DNA of 60,000 nt from Felis catus (GCF_018350175.1 NC_058368.1:70000001-70060000); one strand, 5' to 3'; shown: positions 23,881 to 35,871, counted from the first letter of the stretch. The notes: generated by a model not told the origin, from the letters alone. Numbers and translations are program-made.

Positions 23881-23993
23881 TCGTTTGTTCTACTTACTAA
23901 CTAAACTCAGATACTGCAACTTTAGGGCTTGGATAAACACAAAACTGGTATCCGGATATAATGCTACTCATGTGCTATGCCGACCTTAGCCGC

Positions 23994-23998
23994 AAAAC

Positions 23999-24029
<31 letters not shown>

Positions 24030-24060
24030 AGCAAAACGCAAAAAACAACCAAAAACCAAA
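23994..24060. repeat. (CAAAA)n-like simple repeat
   Basis: Directly visible. Confidence 0.85.
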
Positions 24061-25422
24061 GCCACCACTCAAGGACCAATTTGCAAACTGGAAGGAATCA
24101 GTTCATTCGCGACTACACTACAGAAGCGACCTGTGTTTGCTCACCAACGATCAGGCTGCTGGCAGCTAGCGGGATTGGAACTATTCCAGGAAAGTCCTAA
24201 CAACACAGATGCTACCGAGGTATTTGGTATCTGAAAACTGAATCAATCCACCCTCAGAGCACCTCCCAGAGAAGTCACGCAGAGTGATAGGCGAATGGTG
24301 TGTGAGGAGGGGTCCAGAACTGCAGCCCAGGAGTTTGTCTGCCGGTGAGGCATGTGCTGTGGACGGCCCCCACCTCGGAGGGAGGCTGTAGCATCTTTCT
24401 GGAAAAGGCACAGGTGTTTACAGCTAGAAGCCCCAAGAATGAACCACTCAGTGCTGCTTCAGGCCCACCCCACGGTGCGGTGCAGGGAGGTAATTCGAGC
24501 CGATGAGGGCTGCACACCGGGCATGTGCTCCAACCCCCCCCCCCACCCCCCCACACACAACCACTGAGGGCAGTCCTGGGACTCCTAAGGGCAGAGAACG
24601 CTGAAGCCCAAAGAGTTTAATTTACTGATGCAAAATCATCCAGGCAGGAAGCGGTCGACAGGAATAGGACGGCAGGCGAGCCAAAGCCAGACCTGGTTCT
24701 CTTAACCACGTGGTCGGCTTGTGCCCTCACGGGCTGGTCCATGGCATGACTTTGGGGGAGTCACTTGACTTGGTTCCCCTTCTTTCAGGGAGGAGAGGGC
24801 TGGGATGACCTCTGGTCTCTTTCAGCTCTGCTCTCTGCTTCTGCATTCATTCCAGAGTGGTCTATCGGAAAGCAGGCAGGATCGAGTTGTTCCCGAGATG
24901 CTCTGCCTACACTCCATGCTTGTAGAGGACCAGCTGTTTTCCCTGAGTGCCTTCTCCTGAAGCTTGAGGGCAGCGGCAGGACGATAAGGGCCACAAAGGG
25001 CCGTCTCCAGCCCCCACTGGAGCTCCGGGGTCACCTGGCCGGCCAGCGGCACGGGACATGCCAAGGCGGCCACTAAGCGCCCACTGGAGAGACGGAGCTT
25101 TTGGGGCCCCGCCGACACCGGCACGCCCCAGTCGTTTCAGCCCACCGGCTGGGAACACGAGCCGGCCCACAGGTGGGCAGGGCGAGCTCACTGCATTCAT
25201 TCTCGCAGCCTCTGAGCCTGGGCGCCTCGGGGCTCTCCGTCCTCGCGCGGAGACCCAGATCTGGCTTCGGCCACTTCCCCGGAGCCCGCGGGACCCGCTT
25301 CCACTGACCCCGCAGCCGCTTCCCGCTCCGGCGCCGCGCTCCTGCCGTCCGTCCGCGGCGCCAGCCCTCTCGGCCCCGCGCGCAGGTCCGCCGGCGACAG
25401 CGGGGCCCGGCCCCGCCACGCA

Positions 25423-25754
25423 GCCCCCCAGCGACCCGGGCTCCCCTCTGCGCCCCGACGACCCCGGCCTGCACCGCCCCCCCAGCGCCCCGGGCTTCCC
25501 TCTGCGCCCCGACGACCCCGGCCCGCCCCCCGCCCCCCACAGCGCCCCGGGCTCCCCTCTGCGCCCAGACGACGCCGGCCCGCCCCCCGCCCCCCACAGC
25601 GCCCCGGGCTCCCCTCTGCGCCCCGACGACGCCGGCCCGCACCGCCCCCCCAGCGCCCCGGGCTCGCCTCTGCGCCCCGACGACCCCGGCCCGCCCCCCG
25701 CCCCCCACAGCGCCCCGGGCTCCCCTCTGCGCCCCGACGACGCCGGCCCGCCCC
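25423..25754. repeat. GC-rich minisatellite, 6 copies of a 54/57-bp unit, start of intron 1
   Basis: Anchor tctgcgccc at 25447, 25501, 25558, 25615, 25669 and 25726 (spacings 54, 57, 57, 54, 57). Confidence 0.95.
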
Positions 25755-25763
25755 GGGACCTAC

Positions 25764-25767
25764 CCAT
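25764..25767 (-). CDS. SLC15A1: SLC15A1 coding exon 1 (ATG G)
   Basis: Minus strand GCCGCCACC-ATG-G|GTAGGT: perfect Kozak context then a GT donor, in the CpG island. Phase 1 fits exon 2. Confidence 0.9.
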
Positions 25768-26064
25768 GGTGGCGGCTCCGAGGGCTCCCTGCGACTAGCG
25801 AGCGGGGAGTCCAGGAGAGAGGACTTTTTTTTTCAAGGTGCTGCTCTTATGACTTTGTTTCCAGGCCCTGCCCAGCCACCTGTGCCGCTGGAGGTGTGCA
25901 GGCGGGGCGGCCGGCTCCACCCTTGGAGGCGGTGGAACCGCAGGGAGCAGAGGGTAGCGCCCCTTGAGCCCCGGCGGGAGGCTACCTGTCCCGGCCGCGC
26001 CCGGGCTCCGCTGTTCCGCCCCGGGCCCTGGGCAGGACAGGAGCGGCGGCGGGAGACCTGGGCC

Positions 26065-26240
26065 AGACCTGGGCCCCAACGTGAGCGGCCACCTGAGCTC
26101 CTGGGCGGCCTAGTTAAAATGCAGGCTCCCTGGCCTCACTCCGGATTGGCTGGCTCAGTAGGTCTGGGTACGGCCCGTGAATGTGCATTTCCAGCAACTT
26201 CTGAGGTGATGCTCCGGGGACCCCGCTTTGGAGACCACTG
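26065..26240. mobile_element. MER5A-like fragment ~300-470 bp upstream of the ATG
   Basis: gttaaaatgcagg...gtaggtctggg...tgtgcatttccagcaa...aggtgatgct...ggacccc...gagaccactg. Confidence 0.7.
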
Positions 26241-26519
26241 AGCTGGGAGAACGCCACCTGTGTGCGGGGAAGCAAAGCCGGATGCAGCGTTGGGCTGCAC
26301 GTGTGCGCGTGCCTGCGTGCGTGCGTGGCTCTGCCTGCAAGGTGAACCGGCCAGAGCAGTTCTGGAAGGCCCCACGTTATTCTTCTTTACTCACAAGAGC
26401 ACAAGTGATACAGCCATTATTTCCAGGTCCTTTTTCGGTTTCGCTGTCTGACTTGAGGGGGAGCGGGGTTGTGCTTTGCCAGTACTGAGAACATGAAGGT
26501 GGCAAATGAAAGGAGTTTC

Positions 26520-26930
26520 TGTTTTAAAATTATGGTGAAACACACATAACATAAAAACGTACACGTTACCTGGGAAGTGTGCGCTGACTGGCACGCTCAC
26601 ACCTTCACGCAGCCGTCACCACCCCCCGTTTCCAGGACTCTGTCCCCGTGCCAGCCTGAAACTCTGTGCCCACTGCACACGTCCTCTCTGTTCTCCCTCC
26701 CCGGCGGCCACCATTCTACTTTCGAACTTGTGGAATTTTTGGGCTCTAAGTACCGCATGTAGGTGGACTCATACACCGTTTGTCCTCTGTGTCTGGCTTC
26801 TTTCACTTGTTAAAAATGTCTTCAAGATCCCTCCACGTCGGCTCCTATGTCAGAATTTCCTTCCCTGTTAAGGCTGAATGATACTCTGCTGCGCGTTTGC
26901 ACCCCATTTCCTTCATCCATTCATCGGTCT
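26520..26930 (-). mobile_element. Old L1M 3'-end fragment
   Basis: aaaattatggtgaaacacacataacataaaa...tctggcttctttcactt...aggctgaat. Confidence 0.75.
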
Positions 26931-27395
26931 CTATTGTCTTTTGAGTCTGGGCAATGCCCCTCCCCCCACCCACTGGCTGGAAGACCATGGTGTAGAGGGA
27001 GAAACCCCCCCACCCTGGGGCAGCTCTTCCCCAGAGGCAGCTGGACCCGCCCTTCTCGGGCTTTCTTCCCCAAGGCTCCAGAAGGAGAAACCTCCCCAGG
27101 TGGTGGCTCAGTTGAGACTCATGGGGCAGCAGCTGATGTTAACTGGAAGCCCCGGGCTGCAGGTAGAGGGACAGCATCAAGTGGGGAAATGCAGCAGGGA
27201 CTGAGGGACAGGACTCGGGATCTGCAGGAGCATGTTCATAGCTGTGATCCTGCCATCAGATAAGCCCGGGGTGGAAAGCTGAAGATTGCGATCGATGGTG
27301 TATTTGGACAAGAGTTTTCTCTGCGGGGTGGTATTTCCCTTGAGCTCCCGAAGCTTGGAATCCTGAGCCACCGGAAAGCCACTCTTTCAGCAGGC

Positions 27396-27520
27396 TGGTG
27401 GTTCTCAAAGTGGGGTCCCCAGGCCAGCAGCGTCAGCAGCACCTGGAAACTTGTGACAAATGCGAATTTTCTGGCCCCATCCCAGATCTATGGAATCAGG
27501 AACCCTGGGGTGGGGTGCGG
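27396..27520. mobile_element. MER5A fragment
   Basis: gtggttctcaaagtggggtcccc...cagcagcgtcagcagcacctggaaacttg...gaatcaggaaccctggggtgggg. Confidence 0.8.
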
Positions 27521-27977
27521 CTGACTTTTTAGTAGTTGTGAGACAAATGCGATTCCTACCACGTGTCTACTGAATCCTTCATTCAGCCGTTGTTTATTTA
27601 TCGCCTCTAAGTACAAACTATTGTGGTAGCCACAGGCACCTGCAACAGCCCTGTGCTCACAGTGTGAGTTCTTTATCTTCTCAGCCTGGCACAAAGGGGC
27701 AAGGTACGAGATGGAGAAGCATGAATGAAGGACAAAAAACTAAGGGGGTACAAGAGATCAGCTCTACTAGTCCTGAGACGGATCAGCAAATCCCTAGGAT
27801 CCGCTCGAATTTCTGAGATAGAGGTGGAGGCCAGGCATTTCTCACCTGAGCCTCCTTGGCATTTGTGTATTTAAGGGAATAACAGCTCTGGGAGCTTCCC
27901 TCACTTCCTCTCTGTCTCAGGGGACAGTGACACTGCACCAGCCCCTCTGTAACTCTTCCTTCCTCTCAGCCCTCCGT

Positions 27978-28410
27978 GTGCCGGTTTTCCGAGGCTGCCA
28001 TAACACATGACCACACAGCTGATAAATAACAGATGTGTTCTCTCACAGTTCTGGAGGCGGGGAGTCCGAAATCAAGGTGTTGACAGTGCACTCCCTGGGG
28101 AGACTCTCGGGGGAGGACCCTTCCTTGCCTCTCCCAGCTTCCAGGGGCTCCAGGTGTTCCTTGGCTTATGGAGGCATCGCTCCAGTCTCTGCCAGTGGCT
28201 TTACGTGGCCTGCTCCCCTGTGTCTTCTCTCCTTCTCTTTTCTTATTAGGACACTTGTCACTGGATTCAGCGCCCACCCTAAAGCAAGATGATCTCAAGA
28301 TTCTTTATTCCATTTGCAAAACTCTTTTTTTCCAAACAGGGCCACAATAATAGGTTTCCAAGGGGGTATATCTTTGGGGGAAGAAAGGAGGCACCATTGA
28401 ACCCATGATA
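27978..28410. mobile_element. MLT1-type LTR
   Basis: ggctgccataaca...ctctcacagttctggaggc...gtccgaaatcaaggtgt...ttgaacccat. Confidence 0.8.
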
Positions 28411-29161
28411 ACTCCTCAAAGGGAGCCAAGTCTAGATGTTGAGTGTGTAGAATTGGCAAACTGGTCCTTGAGAAACAGAACCACGGCTTGGCCTCGGGGG
28501 ACTGGCCTTATGAAAACTTCCGGGAGAAGTGGATGTTAGCGGTAACAATGAGATCAGCACAAAATGGCGGCAGGGAGAGTCATCCAGACTTAGATTCTTT
28601 CTTATTTTCTACTCATCAAAGCCCTTAAACTGCACAAAGTTTTGTGGTACTCTATTCTAGTAAAAACACTGCCTTGAAAAGGCAGCTTGTGAACTTTATG
28701 GAGGAACAGTGTCATTTTCTCCAGCTCTGTCCCTCAGATTGCTTGGCCATAAAGACCTTTTAATTTCATCTCAGAGGAAAATTGAGTCGTTTTCCTGTAA
28801 AGCACCTAGAACCAAGGGGGAGATACTCATGGGTAAGGGGAAGACTTTAGGAATAAACAGCAACAAGAGTGGGTCCCATGCCATCTCTCTGAGAAGAGAG
28901 ATTCTGAGAAATGGCAAGGGACGGGAGAAGGAGGAATTTGAAATATAAAGATCTACAAAAGGCCATTTGTTTGACAGGTGCCTGGAAAAGAGAACCAGCG
29001 ACTGGTTCAAATGCATTCAGAGATGCTTGTCTGGAGTCCCCAGCCCACGCCATTTCTGCTGGACAGGGGTGTGGTACACCTGGCTCTGAGCACTGTTGTG
29101 CTGTGATGCACCTGTTGGGCAGTGTGGGGAATATGTACAAATATAAGAAAATGATTTCCTC

Positions 29162-29390
29162 GGGGCACCTGGAGGGCTCAGCCAGTTAAGTGTCTGACTT
29201 CGGCTCAGGTCATGATTGCACGGTTTGCAGGTTTGAGCCCTGCATCAGGCTCTGACAGTTCAGAGTCTGGAGCTTGCTCCGGACTCTGTGTCTCCCTCTC
29301 TCTCTGCCTCCCCCCCCCCCCCACTTGACTCTGTCTCTCTCTCTCTTTCTCAAAAAAAATAAACATTAAAAAAAAACTAAAAAAAAAAAA
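29162..29390 (+). mobile_element. CanSINE
   Basis: TSD-like atgatttcct/atgattttct. Confidence 0.9.
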
Positions 29391-30111
29391 GATGATTTTC
29401 TCTTATTTAAAATGTCTCTCTTTAGAACATTCCAAAACAGCTTTAGCTGTTCGTATTTATATCTGGTCAAATTCTTGCTAAAAGCAAGGGAATGACGGAC
29501 TCACCATTCAGGGTGTGGGTGCCTGAGCTGTGAGGGCATAGCCTGGAGAGTGGGCGGAGAACAACATGGTAAACACAAGCTTTCGACAACATCCCAGTGC
29601 GGAGGTGGGAGGTGGACTCGTGTTGTTCATTGCGCTAATTAGAAAGGCCTAGACAACAACATAGAATGTTCTGTGAGCGTCTTCCGTGGGTCAGGGAGCG
29701 GTACACTCCCATGGTTTCAAGGGCCTCACAGCTGATTCAAGAGAGTTGTTGGTCCAATGGCATCACCTGCATGACCTTGAGCACGTTGCCTTCTCTTGCT
29801 GGGTTTTATTTTCCTCTCAGAAAGAGAGATCTCTCCTCTAAAACTAGGTTTATTTCCTCACAAATGTTCTTTCACAGTAGAGGCTGATTGTGGCGTTAGG
29901 GTTATTGTGGGGAAGAGAGATTACTGTCACTGTTGGAAGGTAATTATTTATGATCTAAAATCATCACAAATGCTGACTTCTTTTCGTCCGTGTCTCCTGC
30001 CATAAGCACGGTGTCTGGTGCTTAGTAAATGCTCAACAGACATTTGCTGTGCGACTGACTGACAGACTCATTCTTACAATGATGTGGATCAATCTCTTAC
30101 CACACTAAAAA

Positions 30112-30220
30112 CTATATATATTTTTTAAATGTGTGTATATATGTATATGTATATAATACATATTATATATATGTAATATAATAATATGTTATACACACAC
30201 ACACATATATATATATATGA
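30112..30220. repeat. (TA)/(CA)-rich low-complexity tract
   Basis: Directly visible. Confidence 0.85.
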
Positions 30221-30237
30221 TTATAGATGTATTCGCT

Positions 30238-30443
30238 GGAGTGCTGGGGTGGCTCAGTCCATTAAGTGTCTGACTCTTGATTTCAGCTCAGGTCATGATC
30301 TCACAGTTTGTGAGTTTGAGCCCCACATCGGGCTCTGCACTGACAGTGTGGAGCCTGCTTGGGATTCTCTCTCTCCCCTTCTCTCTTTCCCTCCCCTGCT
30401 CGTGCTCTCTCTTTCTCAAAATAAATAAATAAACTTAAAAAAA
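30238..30443 (+). mobile_element. CanSINE
   Basis: TSD agatgtattc. Confidence 0.92.
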
Positions 30444-30754
30444 AGATGTATTCTCTAAATAAGAATTTTTCATTTTAATAAAAACCTTACAAGATGATCT
30501 TCAGCAACAGCTATAACACGAGCAGGTCCATGGTATTTGCAGGTAAGGGTGGAGGTGGTCCCAGGCCCCTGGGTTAGATGCTACCTGGATTGATGGGATT
30601 CTCTAGAATCTTGGGGTACTGTGAGAGCAGAAGGCAGGAGTGAGGACCCAGCATCTCTGAGTTGACTGAGTTCTAATGGGAATTAACATAGTTTGTGAAT
30701 TCCTCAACAGGATGCATAGATTGTAGCCTCTGTGGTCATGTTATTCTTTTTTTT

Positions 30755-31460
30755 TCTTTGTAATAGTTTTATTGAGATAGAGTTCACATACCATACAATC
30801 CACATAGTTAAAGTGTGTAACGCAATAGTTTCTAGTACATTCACAAAGTTGGGCAGCCATCACCGCGATAAATTTTAGAACATTTTCATCGTCCTTGAAA
30901 AGAAACCCTGTACCCCATTCACAGTCACCCTCCTACCCCCGTCCTAGGTCATCACTACTCTGCTTTCTGTTTCTATGGACCTGCCTACTTTGCACAGTTC
31001 ATATAGAAGTGGAATCATACCAGCTGTGGTCCTCTGTGCCTGGCTTCTGCCATGCGACATAATGTCCTCAAGATTCATCCATATTGTAGCACGTGCTGAA
31101 GGTATTCCGTGGTATGGGTAAGCCACATTCTGTTTATCCACTCATCACTTGGTGGACATTGGGGTTCTTTCCATATTTTTGTAATTATGAATTTTTTGCT
31201 GTGATGAAAATTAGCGTACGAGATTTTGTGTGGATGTATATTCTCATTTGTTTTCTTGCACACACCTCAGAGTGGAATTGCTGGTCATATGGTAACTCTA
31301 TATTCAATCATTTAAGGAATAAGCATACTGTTTTCCAAAACAGCTGCACCCTTTCACAACCCCACCCCCAGTGCATTAGGGTTCAAATTTCCTCACGTCC
31401 TCACCAACCCTTGTTATTATTTTTTTGATTATAGCCATCCTAGTGGGTGTGAAATGATAG
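30755..31460 (-). mobile_element. Old L1M (L1MB-like) 3'-end fragment
   Basis: gttttattgagatagagttcacataccatacaatcc...gagtggaattgctgg...atagccatcctagtgggtgtgaa. Confidence 0.85.
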
Positions 31461-31584
31461 TATTTATTTTTAATATTTTTAAACATCTTTACATATGCTT
31501 TCATGTATTTACATACAATTTTAAACATACTTAATATACTTTAATGTTAATGAAAGCATTTGAAAGATTTCTTCAACCTGTTTT

Positions 31585-31805
31585 CTTTTCTTTTTTTTTT
31601 TAAATGTTTATTTATTTTTGAGACAGAGAGAGACAGAGCATGAACGGGGGAGGGTCAGAGAGAGAGGGAGACACAGAATCTGAAACAGGCTCCAGGCTCT
31701 GAGCTGCCAGCACAGAGCCCGATGCGGGGCTTGAACCCACAGACCGTGAGATCATGACCTGAGCTGAAGTCGGACCCTTAACCGACGGAGCCACCCAGGC
31801 GCCCT
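31585..31805 (-). mobile_element. CanSINE
   Basis: TSD tcaacct(g/a)ttttcttt. Confidence 0.93.
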
Positions 31806-33225
31806 CAACCTATTTTCTTTAGAGCAAAGCAGGTACCTCTATTTCCCCAAACTGTATTGCAAGTGTGGACATCTGTATTGGCAGTTACTGGGTTATACCC
31901 TTACCTGAGGTGGGGTGGGGTAGCTATGGAACATGAGGATGATGGGAGACAGTGGCCATGGGGTGGAGAAAGCAGCGTCCAGATTTACACGTGATGAAGG
32001 ATAAAGAATGAACAGATCATTATACTTTGAACAAAAGGTGTATTTTAGGATAATCTATGAAATGCTGATTCTCTAGGAACAGCCTGCTCTTTTGATTTTC
32101 CTCCCACAAGTGCCTCCTGTTCCTGAGCTGTTGAGGTCTTCATATTCTCTCTCTCCAACAAAATCTACTCTCAGGAAGGAGCGCGATAACTTGCTCACAC
32201 GATGAAATAAATGCCTGATAAGCTTAAAGAGTTACTTTTTCTTGGAATATCTGCATTTTAACAGAATTGGGGGTGGGGGAAGCCACCTATTTAAACAAAA
32301 CAAAGGAAACTCTAGTTGTGAAACTGAGAGAAGGGAAGAAGCTTTTAGAAGCAAGAGTTCCTTCCCAGCACGTAGGAGATTCGACCACGCCAGCCACCTC
32401 CTATATGCAAGACTGGCTTGTCCCACGACACTGGGTGGAGTGGCCAAGGTGTGGTCTGAGTCCTGGTTTCTCGTTGGCTTCCTCTTTCATCCTTACTACA
32501 AGCCTGGTTTACTAGGTGCTGACTGGAAAGTTATAGGAAATCGGATCACGGGCAAAGCCCGGGAAGATGAGGGTATTTAACCCAGAACTGGAGCTCTCAG
32601 GTTGCCCAGCAAAGAGAGAAAGTGGGGGGACTTACCTAGGGGTGCTGAACAGCCTTATCTGTCGTGACCCAAGGGGCACACAACTGTCTTCCTTCAAATT
32701 AAGAAACACATCACTTTTAGGCGGGGGGGAGGGGGGAATAAAGGCCGTCAAATGATTCTTTACCTCCATATGTTGCGAGACCAAATGACATAATTAAATA
32801 ACACATTTGTTGTTCTCAAATAAGGTTTATCTTCCTAAGACACCTAGAAGGGAACTAAAAAGCATTCCATGTGCCCAGCTATAGATGCTGGAGGCTTATC
32901 ATTATCTGGGATGTCACTACTTCTGAAAGTGTTCAAACAATTTATTCTGGAAACATTTCTTCCAATTATTATTATAAAATCGCGGGGACATATCAAAATA
33001 AAAAAGGAAGCAGAGATCCTTTTGCTTCCCCATGTGCTCTTTTCACTATTAAAAAAAAATAAACTCATGAGTAGTTGCTTTCAGAAATTCTCCCAAAGTT
33101 AATTGAATATCTCATGCATTATTGGTTTACATGCCAACAACATTATAACTTATTTATCATCTGATATCCGAAATACGGACACTAATGCCCCAATTATTTA
33201 CTTCAGGTTTAATTACACAAACCCA

Positions 33226-33440
33226 GGGGCGCCTGGGTGGCGCAGTAAGTTGAGCGTCCGACTTCAGCCAGGTCACGATCTCGCGGTCCGTGAGTTCGAG
33301 CCCCGCGTCAGGCTCTGGGCTGATGGCTCAGAGCCTGGAGTCTGTTTCCGATTCTGTGTCTCCCTCTCTCTCTGCCCCTCCCCCGTTCATGCTCTGTCTC
33401 TCTCTGTCCCCAAAAAAATAAACGTTGAAAAAAAATTTTT
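33226..33440 (+). mobile_element. Young Felis-type CanSINE
   Basis: CpG-retaining consensus (gcgcagt..cagccaggtcacgatctcgcggtccg); TSD aattacacaaacccag. Confidence 0.95.
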
Positions 33441-33758
33441 AATTACACAAACCCAGAATTTATCAAACTTCATTACTATGCATTTAAAATAATATGTAAG
33501 TGGTGAAATCTGGGAATTCATTGTGAGTAAATACATACTTTTGACATGTGATTCACTCATATATAATTATTCAATTTTCTTTTCTAGAATTAATAAAGAC
33601 ATATCATCTCTCCAAATGCCGTGGATGGCACAGATTTTAAAAATGCAAGTATTTCTAGAACACATCACTTAATTTATCTTTCCCATTTTATATCACTCAA
33701 ATCTGTATTACTGGCAAAAAAAAAAAAAAAAGAGGAAGGATCATTTTTTTCGAGGTGG

Positions 33759-34235
33759 TGTATTGGTTTCTTATTGCTGCTGTAACAAATTACCACAGAC
33801 TCACAAATGTATTACAGTTCTAGAGGTCAGAAGTCCAACAGGGGTTGTTTGGGGCTAAAATCCAGGTGCTGGCAGGGCTGAGTTCCTTCTGAAGGCTCTA
33901 GACTAGAATCTACTTCCTTACCTTTCCCAGCTCCCAGAAGCTGCCTGCTTTCTGTGTTGTGTGGCCCCTCCTCCATCATCAAAGCCAGCAGCACGGGGCA
34001 TCTTCAACTCTTTCTCGCTCTCCTTGACCTCTGCCTCTCTCGTCACTTGTCCTTCTCTGACGCTGACCCTCCTGCCTTCCTCTTATAAAGACCCTTATGA
34101 TTCCACTAGTCCAACCCGGATAATTCAGAATCATCTTCCCATCTCAAACTCCTCAACATAATCACATCTGCAAAGTCCTTTCTGCCATTCAAGGTAGCAT
34201 ATTCACTCAGGTTTGGGGGATTTGGACGTGGGTAT
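33759..34235. mobile_element. MLT1D-like LTR
   Basis: tgtattggtttcttattgctgctgtaacaaattaccaca...aatcacatctgcaaagtcc. Confidence 0.8.
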
Positions 34236-34779
34236 GAAGGACATGGGCAGGCTGGAGTACTGGGTTTTACCATGGTGACTGACAAGCTCAGTCAGCTAGT
34301 ATTTCTTAATATTAGCTGAAGGGGTAACACATTTAACTGAATCCTGCTAACATGAGCTAATGTTTCTTTAGAAGGAATCAGTATGGCAAACAAGATAAAG
34401 AAGCATGTTTGGATTGCATCAAGTCCATCCCTCAAATTCGTAATTAATGCATGGAACAAACAAAAAGGCAGTAAATATGTAAAAAATCCCAAGCATTGAC
34501 TGTCCAATGTATATAAAAGTCCTAAATGTATATAAACCTTCAAATGTGGAGGACCAATGCACTTCATTAGCCTTCCTCATGTGGTTAGAAAGAGGACGAA
34601 ATCTCACCAGGAAAGAAGTAAGAGGGAAACTGGAGAATATTTCAATATTATGGTATGGATATTTATAAATTAGACCTTTTGTTATTTACAGTCACTACCT
34701 AGGCACCCAACAAAGCATCTGGGAATGGTAAGAAATTGATAGCCAATAGGGATGAGCAACCAAAGGATATTGCATCTAG

Positions 34780-35200
34780 CCTCCAAGTGTTTCCCCATGA
34801 TATTTATTACCAAGGGAAAAATAGTAACTTCATGAGAAACGCAACAGATACCACCTTGGTCAAGAGATCAAGGTCAACATCACCAAGAATAAGACACACC
34901 AACAGCACGTACCCCTGATACGATGTTCTGAGAAGGGCACAAAACATTACTTCTATAGATTTCTTGCCCAAAATATATGACTTTATCACCAGAAAACATC
35001 AGACAGACCCAAACTGAGCAAAATGCTACACGATAACTGAATTGAATCCTTCAAAAAATGTGAAGGTCATGAAAAACAAGGAAGATGGGGGAACCATCAC
35101 AGATTGGAAGAGATTGACAACATATGACAACTAAATGCAATGTGGGGTCCTGGAAAAGAAAAAAAAGGGGTTAGTGGGAAAAATCAGTGAAAATAAAATA
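34780..35200 (+). mobile_element. L1MC4/5-like 3' fragment
   Basis: gatcaaggtcaacatcacca...aaacatcagacagacccaaa...atgacaactaaatgcaatgtg. Confidence 0.75.
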
Positions 35201-35558
35201 AGGTTTTAAAAAAGGTCTGTAAAAAACAATCTCCTATAGAAGGAATAATTTTATATTGGATATAAAATTATACAAATTTATATGGAATACTTTTTTGTAC
35301 CATCAACATCAGCATTTGTAAATGATTTCCATAAGTAAAACATATATCCAAATGCTTCATCTGTGTGACTAAAATTTATATTACAAATGTACATAAAATT
35401 TATTAGCAAATAATTGGTGAGGCTATGATCTCAACGCTCGCTTTGTCATGTAGGAGAGATTACCCCCCCATGTGTGAACTTGGAAACAGTGTACTTCAAG
35501 GCATGAAACCTATTTTTATAATAGCTAAGGACTCAAGTACAATAAGAAAAATACTGCT

Positions 35559-35790
35559 GGGATGCCTGGGTGGCTCAGTTGGTTGAGCGTCTGATTTCCC
35601 TTCAGGTGGTGATCTTGTGGTCCTGTTCGTGAGTTCCGGCCCTACATCAGGCTCGCTGCTGTCAGCGTAGGGCCCACTTCGGATCCTCTGACCCCCTCTC
35701 TCTGCCCCTCCCCTGCTTGCGCGTGCGTGCTCTCTCTCTCAAAAATAAATAAAAACAAAAACAAAAAAGAAACAAAACAAGCAAAACCCA
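35559..35790 (+). mobile_element. CanSINE
   Basis: Head, CT linker and A-rich tail. Confidence 0.88.
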
Positions 35791-35864
35791 CCAAACGGTA
35801 CAGAACAGCTTACAAAGAAAAGACAAAGTCTGCTGTTCCTACCTTTGGTCCAGTCCCCAGACTT

Positions 35865-35871
35865 TGTGTGT

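Larger units (their letters stand above)
1..25820 (-). other. SLC15A1: SLC15A1 (PEPT1) gene, 5' part: exons 1-5 and introns 1-5; continues off the left edge
   Basis: Five exons splice in frame to MGMSRSQGCFGYPLSIFFIVVNEFCERFSYYGMRALLILYFRRFIGWDDNLSTAIYHTFVALCYLTPILGALIADSWLGKFKTIVSLSIVYTIGQAVISVSSINDLTDFDHDGIPDNLPTHV. It contains the POT/PTR ExxERFSYYG motif, Tyr56-His57 and the PTR2_1 motif. The transcription start position is an estimate. Confidence 0.97.
25040..26330. promoter_or_regulatory. SLC15A1: CpG island / SLC15A1 promoter
   Basis: Very GC- and CpG-rich and spans exon 1. GC boxes at 25904-25910 (GGGGCGG) and 26016-26021 (CCGCCC). An A9 tract lies on the minus strand ~60 nt upstream of the ATG. 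No canonical TATAAA. Confidence 0.85.

Noticed and set aside
25423..25754. Regularly spaced repeats as a CRISPR-like array
   Set aside because: Units are contiguous with no unique spacers, there are no cas genes, and the context is mammalian. It is a minisatellite.
25058..25798. 246-aa Pro-rich antisense ORF (and the 211-aa alternative minus-strand frame)
   Set aside because: Explained by stop-codon scarcity in the CpG island and triplet-length repeat units; no recognisable domain.
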